Below are positions 25,243-31,869 of a stretch of 31,869 bases of DNA, piece by piece; the stretch's first letter is position 1, and every line of letters starts with the position of its first letter. The DNA is from a virus (lineage: Duplodnaviria > Caudoviricetes). The translations under genes were made by a program, and so were the position numbers. The stretch lies in the IMG/VR virus record IMGVR_UViG_3300037467_000545, positions 1 to 31,869 of that record; one strand, 5' to 3'. The notes under the pieces were generated by a model that was not told the DNA's origin, searched no databases, and saw only the letters and a list, made by a program, of their open reading frames with translations.

Positions 25243-25820
25243 TGTCTCACTCCTGCGCTGTGAGGGGTGCGGTTTCGCTTTCGCACGGCGAGAACGGCTT
25301 CGTATTCTTCGCCCGTCAGACTGCCCTTGTCGCCGTTGCACTCCGCGCATGACCCCACGAGGTTGCTCAGATGGTTCGAGCCGCCGCGAGAGCGGGGAAT
25401 CACGTGGTCTAGCGTGAACGATAGTCGGTCGTTTGGCATTCGAACCATCGCCCTTCCGCAATAGTGGCAGAGACCGCCGCAACGGTCCCAAACCTTGTGA
25501 TGGGTTGCCGTCAGCCCTGACGTAGCCCTAGGGGCCGCAACAATTGGCGGAAGGTATGGCGCGGCCAGATCGTTCTCCATTGGCTTGAACCAGGTCTTTG
25601 GCCGGAGGCGGTCCTTCCGCGTTTTGGCCGCAGGAACGGAGGGCGTTTCCGTGGGCAGCTTCAGCTTAACCCGCGCAACCGCGAACTCCTCCGGGTTGAC
25701 CGTCACCTTCGCACGCTTCGGCAGCGTCTTCAGATAGGCCCGCGTCTTTGCGCGGCGCGGCTTGCCGTTCAGCGTCCGCGCCATGCGCTTGGCACATAGT
25801 TCCTGCCAATCAGTAGCCAT
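25239..25820 (-). CDS. HNH endonuclease
   Basis: CHYCG ... TLDHVIPRSRGG.N...NLV.SC..CN..KG; GGAGG before ATG 25820. Confidence 0.9.
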   Translation of the reverse strand: MATDWQELCAKRMARTLNGKPRRAKTRAYLKTLPKRAKVTVNPEEFAVARVKLKLPTETPSVPAAKTRKDRLRPKTWFKPMENDLAAPYLPPIVAAPRATSGLTATHHKVWDRCGGLCHYCGRAMVRMPNDRLSFTLDHVIPRSRGGSNHLSNLVGSCAECNGDKGSLTGEEYEAVLAVRKRNRTPHSAGVRQ

Positions 25821-25834
25821 TGCGCGGCTCGCCT

Positions 25835-26112
25835 CCATATAGACAGGGGTTCAGGTTCACCATGAACCTTGCGCCCGCAACGAAACGCGAACATCGCCCA
25901 TCAGAAGGCATTTTGTCCGAAGAGGGAACCGTTGAAAAACAACGGCTGCGCCTAGGGGCAACGCCTTCGGGAGGCAGGGGCCGGAGGTTCGAATCCTCTC
26001 TCCCCGACCATCTTTTTCCTAGCGCAATCGCACCCCTAAAGCAAGCCATATGGACAGGGGCTGGAGTCTCACATTGAACCTTGGCGCTCACTTTTTGGCC
26101 CTCTGAACCTTG
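25835..26112. repeat. attP arm-type repeats
   Basis: CCATATRGACAGGGG at 25835-25849 and 26046-26060 (14 of 15 identical); TGAACCTTG at 25863, 26075 and 26104. Confidence 0.65.
25963..26010 (+). mobile_element. attP: attP core: 3' half of tRNA-Pro(CGG)
   Basis: GCC-TTCGGGA-GGCAG ... GGAGG-TTCGAAT-CCTCT CTCCCCG ACCA with no 5' half; lies 78 bp from the integrase stop. Confidence 0.88.
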
Positions 26113-27053
26113 CTCGCAACGCCTTTCAGATACCCCGGAGAATACCTCGCGTAGTGTTTTTGTGTGGTCGAATCGTCGTCATGGCCCATGAACTGCGCCA
26201 GCTCCGCCATGCTAACTCCCGCCTCCGCCGCCCAAACCGCGCCTGTGTGCCGGAGCATATAGGGCGTGACATGAACACCGGAGCGCTTGGACGCGGCCTG
26301 AAACGCCTTCTTGATGCTGGCGATAGGCTTTGCGCCGCGCTCGATCACATATTCGCTTTGACGGCCCTTGTGGGCTTCCTCCAGCGCATCCAGCGCCTCG
26401 TCATGCAGGGGAACAACCGGACGGCGCTTGCGCGTCTGGCGACGACCTCGGGGGTTAAGGTCGATCATCCCGCGCTCGAAGTCCACGCGATCCCACGTTA
26501 GCTCTAGGATCGCCGTTGGCCGCGCCATGCTGTAAAGCCCTAGCAGCGCGTAGAGGCGGGCGTGCGGCGCTTTCACTTCAGCGAACCACCGCTCGAACTC
26601 CGCTTGCGTAAGATGGCGGACCTTGCGCTCCGGAGCTTCCGGCCTCCAGATGGGCGTCGGCTTCTTGGCGTATCGCAACGCCACGGAAAGCATCGAAAGC
26701 TCATAACGGATGGTGGCTGGTCCGACCTTCCGCTGGTCCGCGTATTTGCGGCACATATCCTCGTCGATCAGGTCGGGATCGACATTCTCCCAAAAGCCTT
26801 TCATCGCCTTCCATGCGTCCCGCTGGCGGGGTGTCGAAGCGATCTCCGCGCGCTCTCTGGCGTCGATATAATCGGAGACGATGCTGCCCACTGTCGGCTT
26901 TTCCTCGGTTAGCCGCCTGAACGCATCGCGCGCCTCAGCCTCTGCGCTGGATCGGTCCGTCGCCGTGAGGCTGATACGAGTGCGCTTTCCGTTACCTTTG
27001 GGAACGACGATGGCGTATCGTCCGCGCAATCGCTGGACGGTGTATTCTGGCAC
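26088..27053 (-). CDS. int: tyrosine recombinase / integrase
   Basis: SMARPTAILELTWDRVDF (R), TRKRR (K), YMLRHT, FMGH, TTQKHYA (Y). Confidence 0.95.
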   Translation of the reverse strand: MPEYTVQRLRGRYAIVVPKGNGKRTRISLTATDRSSAEAEARDAFRRLTEEKPTVGSIVSDYIDARERAEIASTPRQRDAWKAMKGFWENVDPDLIDEDMCRKYADQRKVGPATIRYELSMLSVALRYAKKPTPIWRPEAPERKVRHLTQAEFERWFAEVKAPHARLYALLGLYSMARPTAILELTWDRVDFERGMIDLNPRGRRQTRKRRPVVPLHDEALDALEEAHKGRQSEYVIERGAKPIASIKKAFQAASKRSGVHVTPYMLRHTGAVWAAEAGVSMAELAQFMGHDDDSTTQKHYARYSPGYLKGVASKVQRAKK

Positions 27054-27202
27054 TCGAACCTCCGAACCTCCTCTGCCGGGATACGGATTAGCGTCCCCAA
27101 GCGGAAACAGCCAAGCCGCCCGTCATTGATGGCCTTGCGGATGACTCCCTCGGAGCATTCCCACTCCGCCGCCAGAGACGCTACGGTGAACGCGCGGCTC
27201 AT
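26909..27202 (-). CDS. xis: excisionase (HTH_17/MerR-like), 3' end overlapping int
   Basis: FTVASLAAEWECSEGVIRKAINDGRLGCFRLGTLIRIP; directly upstream of the integrase. Confidence 0.85.
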   Translation of the reverse strand: MSRAFTVASLAAEWECSEGVIRKAINDGRLGCFRLGTLIRIPAEEVRRFECQNTPSSDCADDTPSSFPKVTESALVSASRRRTDPAQRLRRAMRSGG

Positions 27203-27417
27203 TACAGCACCAAGTCTCCGGGCCGCTTCACGGTCGGCTCGAACCGCGCAGGCGGCTCCAGGTGCGGGTTTCGAGTGAGGGCGACGAACGCCAGCGATGG
27301 GCCGCGATAGCGACACTCATCCGAAGGACGGAGACGTGAAACAGGCTCCGCTCGTGAGTGGCGCGGGCCGTAAGGCATCGCCAGCCTCTCGTCCGGTTTC
27401 AGGATTGTGTTACGCAT
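27202..27417 (-). CDS. hypothetical protein (MRNTILKPD...)
   Basis: GGAGG SD; TAATG coupling to xis. Confidence 0.5.
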   Translation of the reverse strand: MRNTILKPDERLAMPYGPRHSRAEPVSRLRPSDECRYRGPSLAFVALTRNPHLEPPARFEPTVKRPGDLVL

Positions 27418-27688
27418 GGTCGCCTCCTTTGGGCGCATCGGCGCACATTTCCCCTTGGGTCGGCGGCTCGTATTCATTCTCGTATGTCCACTTGAACGTG
27501 ACATTGTGGCCGTCACTCTCGCCGTCTCCGATTTGGAGTTGTCCGCTCCGGACCCCGTGACGCTCGGTGAACCACGGAACAAGGCGGGTCCAAGCGGTCT
27601 TGACAATTGTTTCGGGATCGAAGCGGCTCTCGCAATCGTAATTCTGCTCCATGCGAATAACGACCGTGCATGTTTCCACGTTCTTCAC
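27410..27688 (-). CDS. hypothetical protein (MKNVETCTV...)
   Basis: GTG after GGAG; coupled in the operon. Confidence 0.55.
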   Translation of the reverse strand: MKNVETCTVVIRMEQNYDCESRFDPETIVKTAWTRLVPWFTERHGVRSGQLQIGDGESDGHNVTFKWTYENEYEPPTQGEMCADAPKGGDHA

Positions 27689-27858
27689 GCCGCTTTCTCC
27701 TTCGGTTGCCGGTATCGGGATTGATACGCCGCCATCTCCGGGTCCGGGTCTGTCAGCTTGATTCCTTGCTCGGCACGCGGACACAGTTCGGCGTGACCCC
27801 GTGCGCGGGACATTCCGCAGCAACCGAAGTATCCGCCGGGAAAACCGTCGCGGTCCAT
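27685..27858 (-). CDS. small hypothetical protein (MDRDGFPGGYFGCCG...)
   Basis: Translated by hand; GGAGG SD; overlaps both neighbours. Confidence 0.45.
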   Translation of the reverse strand: MDRDGFPGGYFGCCGMSRARGHAELCPRAEQGIKLTDPDPEMAAYQSRYRQPKEKAA

Positions 27859-28242
27859 CATGCTGCCTCCTGTTGGCTCCAGCGGACGCCATTTTCAGCG
27901 CCCCACGCTTCGATGAAATCCATCAGCGTTCCCATTTGCTTCTTCGTGAGCTTCGAGCTGCGATAGCCGTAGGGCAGGAACCGCCCGTCCAATCCTGGCA
28001 GGAACGCGACCTCCCAACCGCAAGCGGCCATAAAGATGCACTTCCACTCTTCGGGGGTGTGCATCCGGCCCATTGGCTTGGACATCGCCACATCGGAGAG
28101 CATTGCCCCAAAGGCGGCTGTTCTGATCGACGGTGCGCTTCGGCTCATCGACGGAGAACACGAAACCATCCGGCGCGGCGTCCACCAACCGCTTGGCGCG
28201 CTCCCGCGAATAGGGCGTGTTGAGGATGAGGCGGTAGGACAT
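27858..28242 (-). pseudogene. ninB: NinB/Orf-family recombination protein with a +1 frameshift
   Basis: N-half ..PKRTVDQNSRLW and C-half AMLSDVA..EEWK..F..RSSKLTKKQM..LMDFIEAWGAE.GV.W lie in different frames; one extra G in the run at 28106-28109. Confidence 0.8.
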
Positions 28243-28448
28243 CAGAGGACGCGATCCTCTTCGGGAACCGTTAGCCCCGCTTCGTCGGCGAATATCTCTA
28301 ATGCCTCGCAAACCAAGCGCATCGCATCATGGCGGTTCCAGGTATCGTCCGCTAACGGATTGCAGCGCTCCATCTTCTTGCGATAGACGGCGTAACGGCG
28401 GTCAAAGACGGCTTGAACGTCGGCGGTGCGGATGAGCCTATGCGCCAC
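28242..28448 (-). CDS. hypothetical protein (MAHRLIRTAD...)
   Basis: GTG at 28448; TGATG coupling to ninB. Confidence 0.55.
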   Translation of the reverse strand: MAHRLIRTADVQAVFDRRYAVYRKKMERCNPLADDTWNRHDAMRLVCEALEIFADEAGLTVPEEDRVL

Positions 28449-28614
28449 GCACGGCTTCCTTCTCGTTCTTGAGGCGGTTGTGGCATCCGGCGCAGGTCCA
28501 TTCGATCCGCTCGGGGCCGAACTCGTTGAGCGGTTCAACCTCGCAATGGCCGAGGAAGTAATCGGCAACGCCAAGGAACCTTCCGCATTCGACGCACTGC
28601 GTTCTCTCAGCCAT
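28438..28614 (-). CDS. small zinc-finger protein
   Basis: CVEC ... CAGC; overlaps both neighbours. Confidence 0.6.
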   Translation of the reverse strand: MAERTQCVECGRFLGVADYFLGHCEVEPLNEFGPERIEWTCAGCHNRLKNEKEAVRGA

Positions 28615-28960
28615 TCTCCCGCTCCTTCCTGATATGCATGATCTCGGCTCGCTTGGGCGATGCGTTCGCGAACTCTTCCGCCAGCGCCGCCATGTTGATT
28701 GCGTGAGCCGCCTGAAACGAACGCTCGCCAATCCGATGCTGCTCGGCATGGTGGTCCCGGCAGAGCGAAATTGTGTTCCAGTCGTCCGGCTTCTGCGAGA
28801 CACCGGCCCCGCTCCCGTTCCGCACATGCGCGACCTCGATTGGCACGGCACCACAACCCGGAACGCAACAATGGTGGCCGCGAACGAAGGTGCAATGCGC
28901 CTGACTGCGCCAGCGTGAGGAGCGCTTGGGCTTCTTCGGGATGCGAGGCGGAAGGGTCAT
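28607..28960 (-). CDS. DUF968-like putative HNH-type nuclease
   Basis: RWRS.AH..FVR...CCV.GC, EVAHVR, G..QKPDD...ISLC..HH.EQH. Confidence 0.8.
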   Translation of the reverse strand: MTLPPRIPKKPKRSSRWRSQAHCTFVRGHHCCVPGCGAVPIEVAHVRNGSGAGVSQKPDDWNTISLCRDHHAEQHRIGERSFQAAHAINMAALAEEFANASPKRAEIMHIRKERENG

Positions 28961-28971
28961 CGCTGGCGATC

Positions 28972-29388
28972 CTAGAACGGCACGTCGTCGTCTAGGTCGG
29001 CGATCGCTGGCTGCATGGGCCGCTCGTTCGAGTCGTTACCGCCCTTGCTATCCAGCAGCACAAGCTCGCCACGGAACCGCTGCAACACAACCTCTGTCGT
29101 GTAGCGATCCGTTCCCGATTGATCCTGCCATTTGCGGGTCTGCAACTGCCCTTCGAGATAGACCTTGGAGCCTTTGCGAAGGTAGGACTTGGCAACCTTG
29201 CCGAGATTTTCGTTGAAAATGACGACTGGAACCCACTCCGTCCGTTCCTGGCGGTTGCCGTCCTTGTCCTTCCAGCTTTCGCTAACGGCGAGACGAAGGT
29301 TTACAACCTCGCCACCATTGTTCAGTGAACGGGATTCGGGATCGGCCCCGAGATTGCCAATGAAGGCACATTTGTTCAGTCCGGCCAT
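28972..29388 (-). CDS. ssb: single-stranded DNA-binding protein
   Basis: NK..FIGNLG.DPE, ERTEW, YLRKGSKVYLEGQLQTRKW, DDDVPF tail. Confidence 0.97.
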   Translation of the reverse strand: MAGLNKCAFIGNLGADPESRSLNNGGEVVNLRLAVSESWKDKDGNRQERTEWVPVVIFNENLGKVAKSYLRKGSKVYLEGQLQTRKWQDQSGTDRYTTEVVLQRFRGELVLLDSKGGNDSNERPMQPAIADLDDDVPF

Positions 29389-30023
29389 TATGCGTTCTCT
29401 TTCTTCTTGTCCGCGATGGTGAGATTGAGGCGCTTGACCACGGCCTCGGATTGAGCGTCGGAAAGCTGGTCAAGGTTCTTGACGTTGTAACTTTCCGTGA
29501 TCGTCTGGATGGTGACGCCAGCGGCCTTCGCCAGAGTGGCGATCAACTCTTTGGCTGGCGGGTCTTTCTGAGGCGCGCGAACGAACTCCCAAGGCGATTT
29601 ATTCCACGCCTTCCAGTGCCGCTTGCCGTTGGATTCGTAGCTTTCGCACGGAACCCATGGCGTCGGCATATCGTAAAGGTAGCGCCCCACGCCCCACTTG
29701 ACGGCGGCGCGCTTAAATGCGTCCGAAATGCCGCCCTTGTCGCCCTCTACCGCCGTATTGCCAGCGCCGTCAGCCTTGGCGATCCATTCGTCTCCGATAC
29801 GGATCGAGAGGGTGCAGATCACCCGCCCCTTCGCGGTTTCGGTATAGGTGTCCTGCCAATTCTCCGGCCCGCAAATCAGGTCCAGCCTGTCCATCACGTC
29901 GCGGGCGTCGATGTAGGCAAGGGCCATCGCCTTATCGCCCTGCTTCGTCATGCTCTGCGCCCGCCAGTGAACGGACTCGCGCGGGAACTCCGCGAACAGG
30001 TTTTGCAGTTCCTCTTTCGTCAT
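29388..30023 (-). CDS. Rad52/22-family (Sak-like) single-strand annealing protein
   Basis: LAYIDARDVMDRLD..CG..NWQ, K.DG, KGG.SDAFKRAAVKWGVGRYLY. Confidence 0.9.
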   Translation of the reverse strand: MTKEELQNLFAEFPRESVHWRAQSMTKQGDKAMALAYIDARDVMDRLDLICGPENWQDTYTETAKGRVICTLSIRIGDEWIAKADGAGNTAVEGDKGGISDAFKRAAVKWGVGRYLYDMPTPWVPCESYESNGKRHWKAWNKSPWEFVRAPQKDPPAKELIATLAKAAGVTIQTITESYNVKNLDQLSDAQSEAVVKRLNLTIADKKKENA

Positions 30024-30535
30024 TTGTGCCTCACAGACAGGCTTGCGCCGCCATTCGACCGGACGACTCCGGGGATGGATTCGCCGCGCTCAAATGCTTC
30101 CTTGATCGCCTCGCGGTTCGGCTTCCTGACTGTCTCTACCGTCACGAATTGATCGGGGAGCTGGTCGGGGTCGATGACCTTGGGCGATGGTTTCAGCGTC
30201 CGCAGCGAGAGTGTCGCTTCCGGCAACCGCAGCGTCGTTTCCTGAGCGCAATCCATCAACGATGCGATGGCTTTCTTGCGCGCCTCAATGCGGTTCTTCG
30301 CCTTCTCAATGCGGATGGCGCGGGCGTCGATCTGCTCGTCCAGCGCGGCAATGATTCCGTCATCATCCTCGTTCTCATTGAGAAGGTGACGGACGACCTC
30401 GAAAAACTCGGTTTCGCCTTCCAGCATGTCGAGTTTCAGGGCATGATCGCCGTCGAATCCAGGTGCCAATTCAAGGCTCGCCAGGATCGAACGAATGGCC
30501 GTTGCAGCCACCCTGATTTCAGCGTGCGTGTTCAT
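30020..30535 (-). CDS. Gp157-family (Mu Gam-like) protein
   Basis: LDMLEGET, coiled coil, LPEATLS, LPDQFV......PNREAIKEA..RGE.IPG; GAGG SD before ATG 30535. Confidence 0.8.
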   Translation of the reverse strand: MNTHAEIRVAATAIRSILASLELAPGFDGDHALKLDMLEGETEFFEVVRHLLNENEDDDGIIAALDEQIDARAIRIEKAKNRIEARKKAIASLMDCAQETTLRLPEATLSLRTLKPSPKVIDPDQLPDQFVTVETVRKPNREAIKEAFERGESIPGVVRSNGGASLSVRHK

Positions 30536-30705
30536 GCCGCCCTCGGCATCCGCTCGGCAGCGGCTTTGAGTGCGTCGATCTGGCGTTTGTCGTCCAGCGT
30601 GAGCGGCATCCGGAGCTTTTCCAGATTGTCCGCCGACTGGAACCAGCAATCGGCGCGGTAGAAGGCGATAAGCGCTGGACGCCATGCTTCGTAATCAGTC
30701 GCCAT
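30532..30705 (-). CDS. small hypothetical protein (MATDYEAWR...)
   Basis: ATGA coupling within the operon. Confidence 0.5.
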   Translation of the reverse strand: MATDYEAWRPALIAFYRADCWFQSADNLEKLRMPLTLDDKRQIDALKAAAERMPRAA

Positions 30706-30877
30706 GTGTATCACCGGAGCAGTCGCCCGCTCCGGCCCTTTCCTTGCTGGTGGGGGAACTTGGAAACAGCGCATCGAGCATCCTCGACATCCGTTCATCC
30801 TCTGTCGGAACAGTCCTGTATTTACGGACAAGCCTGTTCCACTTGGCCTTGCTTCCGGTGTGGGGATCGTGGTTCAC
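30695..30877 (-). CDS. small hypothetical protein (MNHDPHTGS...)
   Basis: GTGA coupling; GGAG SD. Confidence 0.45.
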   Translation of the reverse strand: MNHDPHTGSKAKWNRLVRKYRTVPTEDERMSRMLDALFPSSPTSKERAGAGDCSGDTHGD

Positions 30878-31266
30878 GACTCCGCTCCTTGAGAAGCGCG
30901 GGCCTTGAGTGCGGCGGCGCACAAAGCGAGGGCGGGAGTTGCACATCCAACGCCGTCGTTCCCGGTGCCGATATTGGCATGATAGCCGGTGCAGAAGCGG
31001 CGGGTGATTTGCCATTCCGGCCAATCCGGTCCCGGCAGCGCATGTTCTGCAGCCTCAACAGAGCCGGTGAAGTTCCAGGGTCGCGGCGACCCAACCTTGT
31101 CATCAAACGGGTCGGGAAAGAACGGATTCGCTCTCTCTATGCCGCCGGGAAACACGGGGCGATACGACGGTCCAAGCACCGCCTCGCTGATAGCGGCGTT
31201 CAGCTCAAAAGAGCCCTCTGTCGCCTTCTCGCACCTGTCCGCCAGTTCAAGGAGATTGGAGGTCAT
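30874..31266 (-). CDS. conserved-type phage hypothetical protein
   Basis: L.ELADRCEKA ... FT.S..AA ... ATPALALCAAALKARA pattern; coupled at both ends. Confidence 0.7.
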   Translation of the reverse strand: MTSNLLELADRCEKATEGSFELNAAISEAVLGPSYRPVFPGGIERANPFFPDPFDDKVGSPRPWNFTGSVEAAEHALPGPDWPEWQITRRFCTGYHANIGTGNDGVGCATPALALCAAALKARASQGAES

Positions 31267-31484
31267 TGTTTGAACCCCAACATTTCGTTGAGCTTCTTCA
31301 TTTTGCGCGCCAGCGGCTCAGCGAACGTGCGTGTCGCTTCGTTGGCTGGATCGTAGAAAGCTTCCATCCAAAGACTGCCGTAAATATCGTGAAGAAGCTC
31401 CCGCGCCTCCATATCCAACGGGCGTTCTTCGGCTGGGATGTATGCCTCGCCATTCAGCGAAACGCGCTCGAATCTACGGCTCAC
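31263..31484 (-). CDS. hypothetical protein (MSRRFERVSL...)
   Basis: GTGA overlap; GAGGG SD. Confidence 0.55.
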   Translation of the reverse strand: MSRRFERVSLNGEAYIPAEERPLDMEARELLHDIYGSLWMEAFYDPANEATRTFAEPLARKMKKLNEMLGFKQ

Positions 31485-31720
31485 CGTCCCTCTCCTTCGG
31501 TAGCTTGGGGCGGTTCGGAACGGGCGCGGGGGTGAGCCGCCCTCACCATTCCAAGTCCCTCGAAGACCGCGCGGGCACACATCAGCGCATCGTCGCGCCG
31601 CATCTTGCCGTCCATTGCGAGGATGATGTCGTTCGCAGCCATTTCGAGGTCGCGCTGCGAAAATCGCTCAACGGGGAAGAGTGGTGGCGGCTGAAAGAAG
31701 GGCAGGTCCGCAATACTCAT
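31481..31720 (-). CDS. hypothetical protein
   Basis: ATGA overlap; GGAG SD. Confidence 0.55.
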   Translation of the reverse strand: MSIADLPFFQPPPLFPVERFSQRDLEMAANDIILAMDGKMRRDDALMCARAVFEGLGMVRAAHPRARSEPPQATEGEGR

Positions 31721-31869
31721 TTCGTCTCTCCGCTCTGTGCTGGCTCTCCAAGGGTGGCGAGGATGTGCTTAAGCTGCTCGAACTCGGTGAGGCTGTAGGT
31801 GCCGTCGCGACAGGCATCGACGATCATGTCCAACGCATCGCCCAGCGCCTCCCTAGCGACACGCAGCCT
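31717..31869 (-). CDS. partial hypothetical protein, start beyond the window
   Basis: Open frame RLRVAREALGDALDMIVDACRDG...SGETK ending at TGA 31719-31717. Confidence 0.5.
   Translation of the reverse strand, partial: RLRVAREALGDALDMIVDACRDGTYSLTEFEQLKHILATLGEPAQSGETK

Noticed and set aside
25930-26010. Complete tRNA-Pro gene
   Set aside because: No 5' acceptor strand or D-arm upstream; interpreted as attP.
1-31869. CRISPR array, rRNA or IS element
   Set aside because: No regularly spaced repeats, rRNA-like sequence or transposase seen by eye.

Overview
This window is most of a GC-rich temperate tailed phage genome with a podovirus-type (P22/SU10-like) virion module. It probably infects an alphaproteobacterium, perhaps a sphingomonad, which is an inference from gene style and the tRNA-Pro att site. 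The + strand (about 89-23932) carries the late operon: HslV-like peptidase, terminases, a methyltransferase, portal, scaffold, DUF5309-type capsid, a glycosyltransferase, adaptor, nozzle, ejection proteins, tail proteins, a beta-helix tailspike, lysis genes and a metallophosphoesterase. The - strand (about 23929-31869) carries the early arm: HNH, an intact attP (3' half of tRNA-Pro), tyrosine integrase, excisionase, frameshifted NinB, SSB, Rad52/Sak-like annealase, Gp157 and small hypotheticals. The most unusual feature is a 294-bp block between CCCCGC direct repeats that splits the o-spanin gene in frame just after its start codon. The block is tiled end to end by a tRNA-Gln, a circularly permuted tRNA mimic (T-arm, loop-closed acceptor stem, D-arm, as in YrlA Y RNAs), overlapping divergent promoters and a second structured RNA. 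A further ~150-nt promoter-driven RNA with a tRNA-like end lies at 24187-24334. Protein calls come from motif recognition and synteny only; no searches or folding programs were run.
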